This document shows positions 26,201-38,200 of a DNA stretch of 64,000 bases, piece by piece. The notes under the pieces were generated by a model that saw only the letters and a list, made by a program, of their open reading frames with translations, did no database searches and had not been told where the DNA came from. Within the stretch, counting starts at the first letter, position 1. Each line of letters opens with the position of its first letter. This DNA is from Balanoglossus misakiensis (taxonomy: Eukaryota; Animalia; Hemichordata): NCBI GenBank assembly GCA_040954595.2, contig CM082589.2, forward strand, positions 8,130,232-8,194,231, written 5' to 3'. The translations under genes were made by a program, and so were the position numbers.

Positions 26201-29200
26201 CCAATCATCATCATCGTCTGTTGTTGTGTTTGCATTGATGACTTGACTTCCACTAACATCCGTATAAGGTCTCCAGCATCCTAAGAGTAGAAGGAATTTG
26301 AATACAAAGAACATTAACAGTTTGAACAATATTGAAAACACTCAGTGTTGCAGACCTAAAAGGGCCGTGGATAATTAAACATTTGCGCGGAAAACCTAAC
26401 TTCTTTTGGTAGGGGGCGGCTGAGCGTATATTCGAACTAATTTCGATGTGTAATTTTACTTTTTACAGGTGTCGAGTTAGAATTTGCACTGATATTTCTA
26501 CTGGAAAACAATCTAGCATGGATGCTACTAATTAGAACTTTACATTCGCAAGTCTTTCCAATTTGTATTGGTACATGTATGTCACTTCATATTGGTCTGG
26601 GTTGGGGCAAATATTTTTGTGTGCGATGGGGTTGCGGTAATGAAAGTACTTGTGCAGAAAACCTCAACTCGTGACAATAGGTTCGCTGCCGTACAGATTG
26701 CGAGCAGAGGTCATATAGTTCTGTCATAGAAGTTATTCAAGTATTCTCATATGCCATTGCCATACACAAGTCGGGAGTCCACTTGTAATACCTGCTGATT
26801 ACGTGGGCTTTAGTAAAATAGGCAATATCGAACAAAATAATAACCAAAATGATGTCAAAAGCAAACGAGGTGAACCATTTGAGTCTGATATGATTTTCAT
26901 TATTTGCATGATAATTTTCGGCCTTAATCTGATACATTGTAAATTATGTTACGAACGTGATAAAGTCGGAACATTTCGAAAGGGAATATCACATAAAGCA
27001 GAAATACGGCTTTGTTGAAAGTTTAGTTTTCCTAAGTCTTATTTACCTTGATTATAACACGCGTGGATATCACCATTGCTCTGGGTAGTTCTATGAATGA
27101 CGTAATTAACTGTAACTGTCAGTGAATCTTGATATTCAATTAGTGGGCGGCCGTCATCAACACCAAAAGCCATGTAGCCACTGTATAAAGTCAACCAAAA
27201 CTGTTGCCACGTCCCATTCCCGTAACTTACGAGCGTTGTTGTCGTCGATGCCAAAACCGTGGGAATTCTATTATCAATGCGTACTATGGAAACGTTACTG
27301 CTGTCTCCAATCGCTAAATAAACGCCATACTTGTAGTCTCCCCCATTTTGGCTTTCGGAAAATCCAATGAAAATGTCGTTGATGTTCCTTAGTTGGAAAG
27401 TGATAGTGGTGTGGTTTGTAGCGATTATTTCTTTGAACGTAGCTTTATTTTCGACAAGAAAATCTGTCAGACATCCTGTAAGAGTAAAGAAGACTGCGAT
27501 TAAAAAAGACTTTCATGAATGGAACTTGCACCTTTAGCAAAACACATGAGACACGAAGGTTCCATCCACGACCGTTCCTGCAGGAATTACTTTCGACCAA
27601 TCAGCGTCGGCGACTTAGAGAACGCAAAGGGTTGATACGACCAATCACAGCGCAGTTCTTTCGAACAAAATAGAACTTTGTTGGTGTGGACCATTCGACG
27701 CTACTTTGCACTTCATGTTGTTTCCGTCAACATAGCAATCGTATTAACCGCGTTATTTTGGTGTATTCTACCTTTTGTATAGCAATTCGAGTGTGAAAAA
27801 TTCAACATGCTTGGTCTTCTGACTCTTTCAATATTTCTAAACCAAGTTCTAACGGACGTGACAAAGAAAATCAAGACTTGGGATGGCCAGGGCGTTGGCA
27901 GATATATTGACAGGTTAGTAACATTGCTAATAACCTACTTTCAACGCAACAAAGCCGAACGTTCATTTTCCACAAAAAATGACTCTAGTAACCTTTCCCC
28001 GAATGAAATTTTGATCAAGAACTGTTGGCATGTCTTCTTGGTCAAAACTTGAGAGTAAAAACAGAGAAAACATAATGCAAAAATGAGATAATGTTGCACC
28101 GTCCACCATTTCTCACAGGAAAAATGTTGGTGTTCAAAGGCTTAAAAATAAAATTTCTTGTCGAAATTAGTTGATATAGTTAACACTGGACCGTTATTGT
28201 CGATCACGTGTCACCGTTTATTGATTTGTAGAAAAATAAGACTGCATCATTACCGTGTGCACGATAATGTCGTTCGTTCCTCACTTGATCCTGTAGACCA
28301 AATCACGACTGGTGCCGGTCATGATATGATGACCGACCAAAACCTGGGCTGTGGCATCGTAATTAATGAAACGTTTTTTTGTTCACGTCTTCCGGCTAGG
28401 CTGGGTCGCCACAGGGATGAACAGCGGATGGCGTGTTCGTGCGATGCCGGAGCTAACCATACTTGCAATAACTGTCGACGTCGCCATAACCGATCACGTG
28501 ATCACGTGATTAGTAGAAGCCCACGTTTGCCAGACTGGCGGGGCGGTGGAGACGCAGCTAATCCATATGTCGTCCGCATCGACGTTTATTAGCTGAAGAT
28601 CACATGCTGTTGGCTGTACAAATGGAGGATTGGGTGGGTATTTTTTATTTTTACGCTTTTGTAGAAGTTCAACGAACAGTTCCGAAATACATTTTTTGAA
28701 AACTTTTTCCCCCGCATTTTTAGTAGAGTCACTATCTGTACGATAAATGCCAAGCTTTGTAATTTATTAAAATTCGTCTACATTTTTTCATGACAGGTTG
28801 AATCCCGTATTGTGAAAAAAAACTGTTTCCGGTTGAAGACAGTTTGGTAAATTTATGCATATAATCGTCAAACCACAGACTCTGAGTCTGTGGTTAAACA
28901 GAAGACATGGCAAATATGCACAGACCGCAGGGACCACGGATGCTGAATACAGCGTAAATGAAATGCCTTCCTGTGGGAGAGTTTAGCCGTTTGTTGATTA
29001 TCGTACACATACATTGTATTCGCAGTAGGTTTTGGTCCGGACCAACATTAATCCCGCCGGCCCAATCGACGTCTCGACTACACGGTGTCCCGTATGTTGG
29101 AAAGTCGCGCGCGGGGTTGGAGACAGAGACGTGAACGACGAAGAGAAGTAATTATTTGAAGAAAACCTTCCCGCAGAAATAAAAACCCGGCAGAGTTATC

Positions 29201-32200
29201 CAGTCTGACCGCTATTAGTTGTCTAAACACTACGTTGTACTTCTTTGACTTGAGTCAAAGCTGGTTTCGCCAAGTTGGGCGTGTGCAGTCTAAGAAGCAA
29301 GCGAGGCCGATTTCACTTATCATATATTGGACTATTATTGTAACTTTTTTCATTTTTCATTTTCGACTTCTATTAAGTTTAATTTCCAATTTCTTATTTC
29401 ATAGTGTACCTTCAATTGAACTTTTCCGAGTTTCTTTGATTGAAAACGTTAGTGGAATGTATTTCAGGCATGACCACGTGATTGTATACGTCATGCACTA
29501 AAATACTGAATATTGTAGAAAACGTTTTCTCATTTGTTGTCGAATAAAGTAGCCATGTTAGTCTAAACAAGTCTGTTAGTGTGTCATATACAGAACAAAT
29601 AGCATTTTTGGCGAGACTATCACTGTGAAATGGTTCCAGTTTATACCAATATATTTTGCTATGTCACTATTGACCGGAAAACTAAGTTGAACATTGAACA
29701 TTTTATATATAGGTGCATGTATTTAAACATTAGGGTGGTGATAGGTCGTTTCCCCGGGCCGCCCCTGGATTACTGCTTTTTATGCGGAGTCACGGTGGCG
29801 GCTTTCGGTCGAGTTGTATAATTATTGTACATCAGTTGAATTTACCGGGGAAATACTGTTGTCATCGGCGACTGACTAACTCGCCGATAATGGCGCTCCA
29901 CATTTTCCACTTATCTGGAACTCCCGAAAGGCACCTTGGAGTTTTGACTGCAAACCGAGATTTCTCGAATAGTTGACTTTTCATGTAGGCTGATGAAAAA
30001 ATGAATTGCGCCGTCATCGGTGAGTTCTAATAGTACCACACAGTCGTACCGTGCGGTCGTTACTACAGAGGCGAACTCGGAAAAGAGAAAGCTTATGGGA
30101 CATAACGCTTGATCAGATTATATGTTTTATCTGCATGTGCGGACCCACCTTGCCCGAAAGCACATATACCGAGTTCTTTTTGGAAGTCAAAATTGTATTT
30201 TGGGGCACAAACTGCCCGAAAGCATGCCACAGGTACTTTGTAGAGAGTAAAAATGAACCCAAGTTCATGAGACATGAGGGTTCCACGGCACATTCCAGGA
30301 ATAACTTTCGACCAATCAGCGTCGGCGACTAAGAGAACGCAAAGGGTTGAATACGACCAATCACAGCGCAGTTCTTTCGAACAAAATAGAACACTGTTTG
30401 TGTGGATCATTCGCCGCTACTTTGCACTTCATGTTGTTTCCGTCAACATAGCAATCGTTTTAACCGCGTTATTTTGGTGTATTTTGCCTTTTGTGTAGCA
30501 ATTCGAGTGTGAAAAATTCAACATGCTTGGTCTTTTGACTCTCTCAGTATTTCTAAACCAAGTTCTAACGGACGTGTCAAAGAAAATCAAGACTTGGAAT
30601 GGCCAGGGCGTTGGCAGAGATATTGACAGGTAAGTAACATTGCTAATAACCTCCTTTCAACGCCACAAAGTCGAACGTTTATTTCCAACAAAATTGACCC
30701 TTGTACATCTTTTCCACATTTCCCACATAACATGTTGAAACAGAACTGTTGGCATTAGAAAATTGTGTCCTCTTGGTCAAAAATTCAGGGGAAAAACAGA
30801 GAGGAAAAAGACCAGTACACTAATGAAAACTCGTTGCGCCGTCAGACATTTCTGACAGGAACAATCTTGGTGTTTAATGGCTTAAAACTAAATTTCTCGT
30901 CGAAATAAGTTGTCATAGTTAACTGGACCGCTATTGTTGATCACATGTAGTCATTGATTGCTGATTTGTTAATTCATGTACTCACTGTACTTGTGATAAT
31001 TACCGTATGCACGATAAGGTCGTTCGTCACGTGATCCTGTAGACCAAAACACGACTGGCGCTGGTCGTGATATGTTGAACGACCAAAGACCTGGGCGGTG
31101 GCACCGTGACTAATTAAATGTTTTTGTGTTCCCGTGTTCCGGCTAGGCTGGATCGCCACAGGGATGGACGCCGGAGGGCGTGTTCGTGCGATGCCGGAGC
31201 TCACCATATTTGCAATAACTGTCGACGTCGCCATAACCGACCACGTGATCACATGACTGTTAGAAGACCACATTTGCCAGAGTGGCGGGGCGCCGGAGAC
31301 GCATCTAATCCATTTGTCGCCCGCATCGTCCGTATCCAATACACTTAACTGAATATAAAATGATGTTGGCCTGACATATAGAGGATTGGGGTAGGTCTTT
31401 TTAAATTTTACTCCAATGTATTAGGTTTAAAGAGCGAAAATTTACGAAATAATTTTTTTTGAACCCCCCCCCCCCCTTCAATTCAGTAGTGTCATTACCG
31501 GTACAACAAATTCCAAGCTTTGCAAATTATTAAAATTATTCGGCATTTTTTTCACGACAGGTTGAATCCCGTATTGTTGAAAACGACGATTTCCGGTTGA
31601 AGACAGTTTGGTACATCTATGCATATATTCATCAAACCATAGGGTCTATGGTCAAACCGAAGACATGGAAAATAATATGCACAGACCGCAGGGACCACGG
31701 ATGCTGAATACAGCGTAAATGAAATGCCTTCCTGTGGGAGAGTTTAGCCATTTTTTGATTATCGTACAAATATTCGCAGTAGGTTTGGGTCTAACATTAA
31801 CCCCGCCGGCCCAATCGACGTCTCGACTACACGGTGTCCCGTATGTAGGAAAGTCGCGCGCAGGGTTGGAGACAGAGACATGAACGACGAAGAGAAGTAA
31901 CTATTTGAGGAAAACCTTCCCGCGAAATAAAAATCCAACAGAGTTATCAAGTCTGATCGCTATTCGTGATCTAAACAGAACGTTGTATTTCTTGACTTGA
32001 GTCAAAGCTGGGGTCGTCCAGTTGGGCATGCGCAGTCTGAGGCGCAAGCGAGGCTAATTTCACTGATCATATACTATTATTGTAACTTTTATCATTTTTC
32101 ATTTTCGACTTCTATTAAGTTTAATGTCCAATTTCATATTTCATTGTGTACCTTCAATTTAACTTTCCCGAGTTTCTTTGATTGAAAACGTTAGTGGAAT

Positions 32201-35200
32201 TTATTTCAGGCACGACCACGTGATTGTGTCCGACATGCACTAAAATACTGAATATTGTAGAAAACTTTTTCTCATTTGCTGTCCAATAAAGTAGCTACGT
32301 CAGTCTAAATGAAACAAGTCTGCGAGTGTGTCATATACAGAACAAATAGCATTTTTGGCGAGACTATCATTGTGAAATGGTTCCAGTTTGTACACATATA
32401 CTTTGTAGAGGAGCTTTGCCGCTCGATTCTCGCTGGTTTGCCGCTCGTGGCGCAAAACGTGTGGCCATGCTGCGTAAGCCTATAGAGCACGGTGACCGTG
32501 GATAGAGCGAGAACTGGCGAGCAAGCGACTGTTTGCTGACTCATATATGGTTAAAACGTTAGAAATCAAGGGAATGCAATATTTCTCTCATAACCTGTAT
32601 TGATGGGCAGGTAGCCACATAGATATAAGAAATACTGCAATTTCGTTTGTTGTCTAACATTTTCGCCATGCAAAAAGTAAATGAGCGAAGCCCCAAATAT
32701 CTGTGGTAACGCAGCTGTACTATTGGGGGGGGGGGGGGGGGGGGGGGGCTGATTACGGGTGGTAATCAGCCCCCCCCCCCCCCGGTACAGCTGCGTTACC
32801 ACAGCTATGCCCAAAATTGATGAGTATTTGTTTCAAACATAACTAAGACCTCCGGTATATGCAGTGTATGAAGTTATGAAAATTTATATTATCAACAATG
32901 TCATTTACAAAACCGGCAAGATATTCCACATACCGTCTCCACAAACTGTACTTGGTTGGCCGATGTCACAATACTGCCATCCCGTACTGTCGATGAGCAC
33001 ATCCACAAAACACCACGGCCCCGTCTCTTTGTTTGGATTGCGACAGTAATTGTGTGAACCAATCCCCGAGGCGCTATCATCAGGAACTGTGTATGACATG
33101 TCAGACCAAACTAAACAGCTGATGTTATTGGCTGTGTGACTAACAACACCTCTATAGTCAGATCCATCTTGAAGAGTGTAACACTCTGGTCCTGTGATGA
33201 AGACATATCAGTAGGAGTTATTTGTTAATTTTTATAGGAAACATTTCAAGCTAACAGAGATCATAAGGTCATATACATGAGTGGTAATGTAAAGAGGTTT
33301 GTCTTAAAACCCATCATTCTAAGATGACCTGTCAGACCAATCTTCAAAATAAGTCTCGCAGATTATTTGCAATATGTATACGATAAGTGATACGATTAAA
33401 ATAATACTGTACGTGTGGATGTTTTGGATGACAGCAATGAGCAAAAAACTTACCGGCAGACGTATAGGATGTAATTCTGGCATGTTGTGCAGTAGAGTGG
33501 TCATCCAAAGTAGAAGATGCCGTAACATGTGTTATGGCTGGGTCGAAAACACCAAGCATCTCATGCCGCTCTGTTAACAGAGTGAACATGCCAATTGTGT
33601 GTCAAAACAGCAAATCTGGCAAATTGTGTAGAATTTCTAGCAGTCAAGTATCCAACATGAACTTGAATTCCCAGTTTTATGTCCAAATAACACAGAGGGG
33701 AATATCAATAGAATCTCACACTCCCACGGACTTTCTGTCCAACACTCGCCTGCGGCTCGTGTGGGACAGAATATCCCCGACGAGTGTGAGAAATATCCCA
33801 GGTCCTTGGTGTGTGAGATTCTATTTCTCACACGGTCACAAATTAGCCAAATTCGTTAAAAAGTTTGAATAAATGACTGTAACTGTCGTCTGGGCACGTT
33901 GTCTCTGTCCTTATAATACACATCGCGTCATTGGATAACATTTAGTGCGCGTTAGGAAAAGAACACTTTGTCAACCAATCAGCGCTCGCGCCATATACAG
34001 GTTTCGAGTCAGTGAGAGTGTGAGATCGATTTGTTCTTGCACTCTGATCCTACACTCCTAGCGTGCCAGGAGTGTGAAAAAATCTAGACTGGTCACTTAC
34101 TGCAGCAATATGCTGTGTATCTTGTGGCCGCCTCTGTCTGGTCATCGTCGTCAATCCAAAACCGATTATCATCTTCGTATGGGTTGACTTCTTTCCACGA
34201 ATGGCAGGACTTCATGGCTGACTCGGAGAAGTGAACAACAAGTTCATATCATCATGGCATAATACGTGAAGTTAGCAACAGCCTCAGCTTCATCCTCACC
34301 TTCGCGTGACCTTTCTAGCTGAGCCTGAGGCCGTTGCTAACTTCAAGTACGTCATAATACATCGAGTTTGGAAAAGGAACAGGTTACTAAATACGGGGAG
34401 GCTGACACTCACTGATTGAATCGATCAATTATTCTCAGACCTTACTGTACTTATATGCACAATTAATTCATAAGATAGGCTGCATTTCTATATAATAAAA
34501 ATGTGTTGAACATGAAGTCTGTCACAATGTGAATGACTGCTCATAATTGCATCCTATTAATACGATTGCCAAACCTGATTAAAGAAACGACAAAGCATGA
34601 AGGCTTATTTAATGTCTAGAAATGACTGTTTTCGTGGACACATTTATCTTATTCGTGTCGTGTATTATTTACTACTAATTATCCACGTTTTCTCGTATTG
34701 TACGAAAACGAGAGCCTCACCCTCATAAGAGCCGTACAACTCGATCCTCATTGCTATCCCATAATGCCATGTCAGCGGATTTATTCTAACATAGCGAGCA
34801 AACACGGCAGTGGGTAATTGTTGATAAACTGTTGTTTCACTGTCCGTGTGTGATACAAAAACCTGGTGAAAGTATAAGAAGATGGTTATGTTCATTTCAC
34901 AATGTACATTTGTGACTGTAAATACGTGTACTCTAGTTTTATACGGCTGTATGCCCGGTAGCGACGTGAGCAGTCTACATCTTACAATGCAACACCACGG
35001 ACACTGCACAACACAACGCCACGCCACGACACAACACAACACAACACAACACAACACAACACAACACAACACAACACAACACAACACAACACAACACAAC
35101 ACAACACAACACAACACAACACAACACAACACAACACAACACAACACAACACAACACAACACAACACAACACAACACAACACAACACAACACAACACAAC

Positions 35201-38200
35201 ACAACACAACACAACACAACACAACACAACACCAGTTGGTCGGCCAAATAAAATGGAGACACTATGTGCCATGGCTTAATGGTAAGCAACAGTTAGGGCC
35301 TGGTCAGAATTAACAGGGGGGGGGGGGAGGGCCCGGTGCGATTGGGGGGAGGGTCACCATTTCTCATGCAACGGTTTGGGGGAGGGCCGCTACATTTTGG
35401 GCACTTGTCAAGGGGAAGGTCATTAATTTTTGTGCAAGGATGACACCGATAATGTCAAAAATATGAAGTGTTACAGAGAAATCCTGAAAAGAGACTTGCG
35501 CTCATATAGGCACTCCTGTATGGATGTATTGACATCCCTTGTACTACAAAATACATCACACAACTCACAAAACATACACATGTACCAGTATGTGATCTTA
35601 AACCCCATAACCCTAACCCTAACCCAAACCCTAACCCTAACCCTAACCCTAATTTCTTAAGGGAAGGGGAGCACAGTACGATATTTTACCCACAATTCTC
35701 CATGATTTGTATCATCGAGGTTGTCCATTTAATAACTTTTTCTGTTTTAGATACTAACAATGATATGAAGTACATATAACTGTATTTATCTAGGAAAAGT
35801 ATGTTGAGGAATAAGAGTGAAAATTTCAAAATGAATATTTAAAAGCCATAGGAATCAAAGTATTCATGTACATGTACTGCAAATGTCACACTTTGGAGGA
35901 AACAAGCAAATAACTAACTGAGGTGTATTTAATAGTGGTCTACAATTTTCTGTACAAATGTGAACTTTGCCTGGTTTGACTGAGTAATATCTGATTGTAC
36001 AAATCAGAATGAATCATCGGATATTGTGTAGCCCGGAGACACAGGCGTCGATCTAGAATACAACGCCCGGGGACAGTAGAGAAATTTCCTGCTGAGCTGA
36101 AAGATAGTAGCCCTGGCAACGATCAGGGTCGCTTAGTAACGAATGGATAACGAGTGATCCATCAAATGTTGACGGGCGCCAGTGGTTGGATGATATAATT
36201 AACAAAGCTTGGTTATGAATATTCATACACCTTCAAAACCACTCCCACACCCCGTTGCAGGAATTTCACTCATGACTCCACCTCTATTTCCTTATTTAGA
36301 ATGCGATGATGTCATTTGGTTTACACATTGTTACATTTAAGTGACCAATTAGCTTACATACAAGATTTACCACCCGTGTCGTTCTGCCCACAGAATTCGG
36401 TGCGTAAATAGAGACTGTCCCCGGGCGTTCCTTTTCCCCTACTACGCCTGTGTCTCCGGGCTAGATATTGTGGGGAGGGTCACTTGATTTTGTTCACGGA
36501 GAAGGGGGAGGGTCAGCATTTATTGTGCAAGAAATCAGTGGAGGGTCAGTATTTTTCATGCATGCGGATTTTGAATCGCACCGGCCTTCCCCCCCCCCCC
36601 TGTTAATTCTGACCAGGCCCTTACTGAAACTTTTGTACAACACCTTCCAAAGTGAATTGTAACGAGAACATTAATTAAATTTTGGGCGATATTTATTTCA
36701 TTAATTATGTGACTGGCATGGTACACTCTTATATCGCCATGGTAACAGAATGTCACATCACAATGTTGTCCATAAATTGCAATCATTTCTCTGGAAGGTA
36801 ACTATATGATGTGGATTTAACAAAATTTGTGAATATTACCTTGTCTCCATTGATATCCTGGACGGTCCAGAATAGATCTTCTTTACTGCCGTAAAGTAAG
36901 TGAAAACTGGTTACCTGGTAGTCACTTTCTCCGCTCCCCTGGGTGGCTATCTGTGAGGGTTATACACGAATACAAATACAGAGATGGATACTGAGCTGTA
37001 AGAATACAAACTATATGGTTTGTGAAGGACACATCGATAAAAACCACGGTATGGAAAGTCTGAATCTTGCTGCCACCAAACATTTGCGTGGCGAAGGCGT
37101 TGTTGTCTACTGGTATGTAGCCTGGTAGCCAGACCGCAGTGTGTCTTAGATTCACAAACAGGGCCTGGAAATGCAGTCTACTCTCGTCGTTTTTGAAAAT
37201 CTGCATGGCAATATAAGTCAAAGTGCGATGTCATGGTAACGAGGTCACCACATGGTCTAGACTCTGACGTCGTTCAATTCATTCACCTTACGCCATTACG
37301 CGACACACTGCTGATTGGCTGATGCCATGGAACAGATGTTGCTAATTAATGCTAATTATTGTCCAACTATTAGCAATGCCCGGGTCATTGCTCCGGGTCA
37401 TTGCTCCGGCCAATCAGTAGTGTGTCGCGTACGGTGATTGCATTTTGACTTCTATTGCCATGCGGATTTTCAAAGACGAGAGTAGACTGGTATGTTACCT
37501 TTGTTACATAAGTCAATGCCGAGAGATCAACTTGTAACCACTCTCCACTGTTGGCATCAGCAACCCACGAGGAACCGGAATTCAACCTTGCCAGATATGC
37601 ACCGTGATTGTCACTCAGTGAAGACGATGATGTTATCTGATAGTCTGCGATTTGACCGCTTTCCATGCCCAGTGCATCGGTCCATTGGACAACTATAAAA
37701 ACAGTATATAGTATGTACATGTTACTGTTACATTGCACAATCAGTCTCCCCGTAGTCTCGGTTACCCAGAACCCTCTGCTTCTTCCGTTGGAGTGCCCAA
37801 CGGAAGAAGCAGAGGGGTCTGGGTAACCGAGACTACCTCCCCGTAGCTAGACTCACTACACTGCATGTGATACCACCAAGTTCATGGTGCCCTCGCTTTA
37901 GTACTGGAAGTTGACAAAAGATATTCTGAATCTGAGACACCACACATTCAAATATTACAGAAATGCACATAAAATAATAAAACAATACTTCAGACAGACG
38001 CACGTGAAATATGTTTATTGTTATGTTCAAGTTACAAACACCATCCTGTTACAGTTACATTGTGCTGACTAGACTCTCTCGCAGCTCACGGTTCGCTACA
38101 AGGCTCTTCACTGACGCGCCCTCAACCGTTTAGCAAAGGAGAAGCCCAATATGGTGTTGTGTAGCGAACCTCTCACCGGGCACACATGCAATCAGACCAT

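Noticed and set aside
28158-31348. Cys/His-rich ORF (CSCDAG.H.CNNCRRRH) present in both 2.1-kb repeat copies
   Set aside because: Differences between the copies are mostly non-synonymous, and the second copy has a frameshift and stop upstream. There is no sign of coding constraint.
34882-35313. VVLCC/TTQHN repeat ORFs
   Set aside because: Translations of the (ACACA)n microsatellite.
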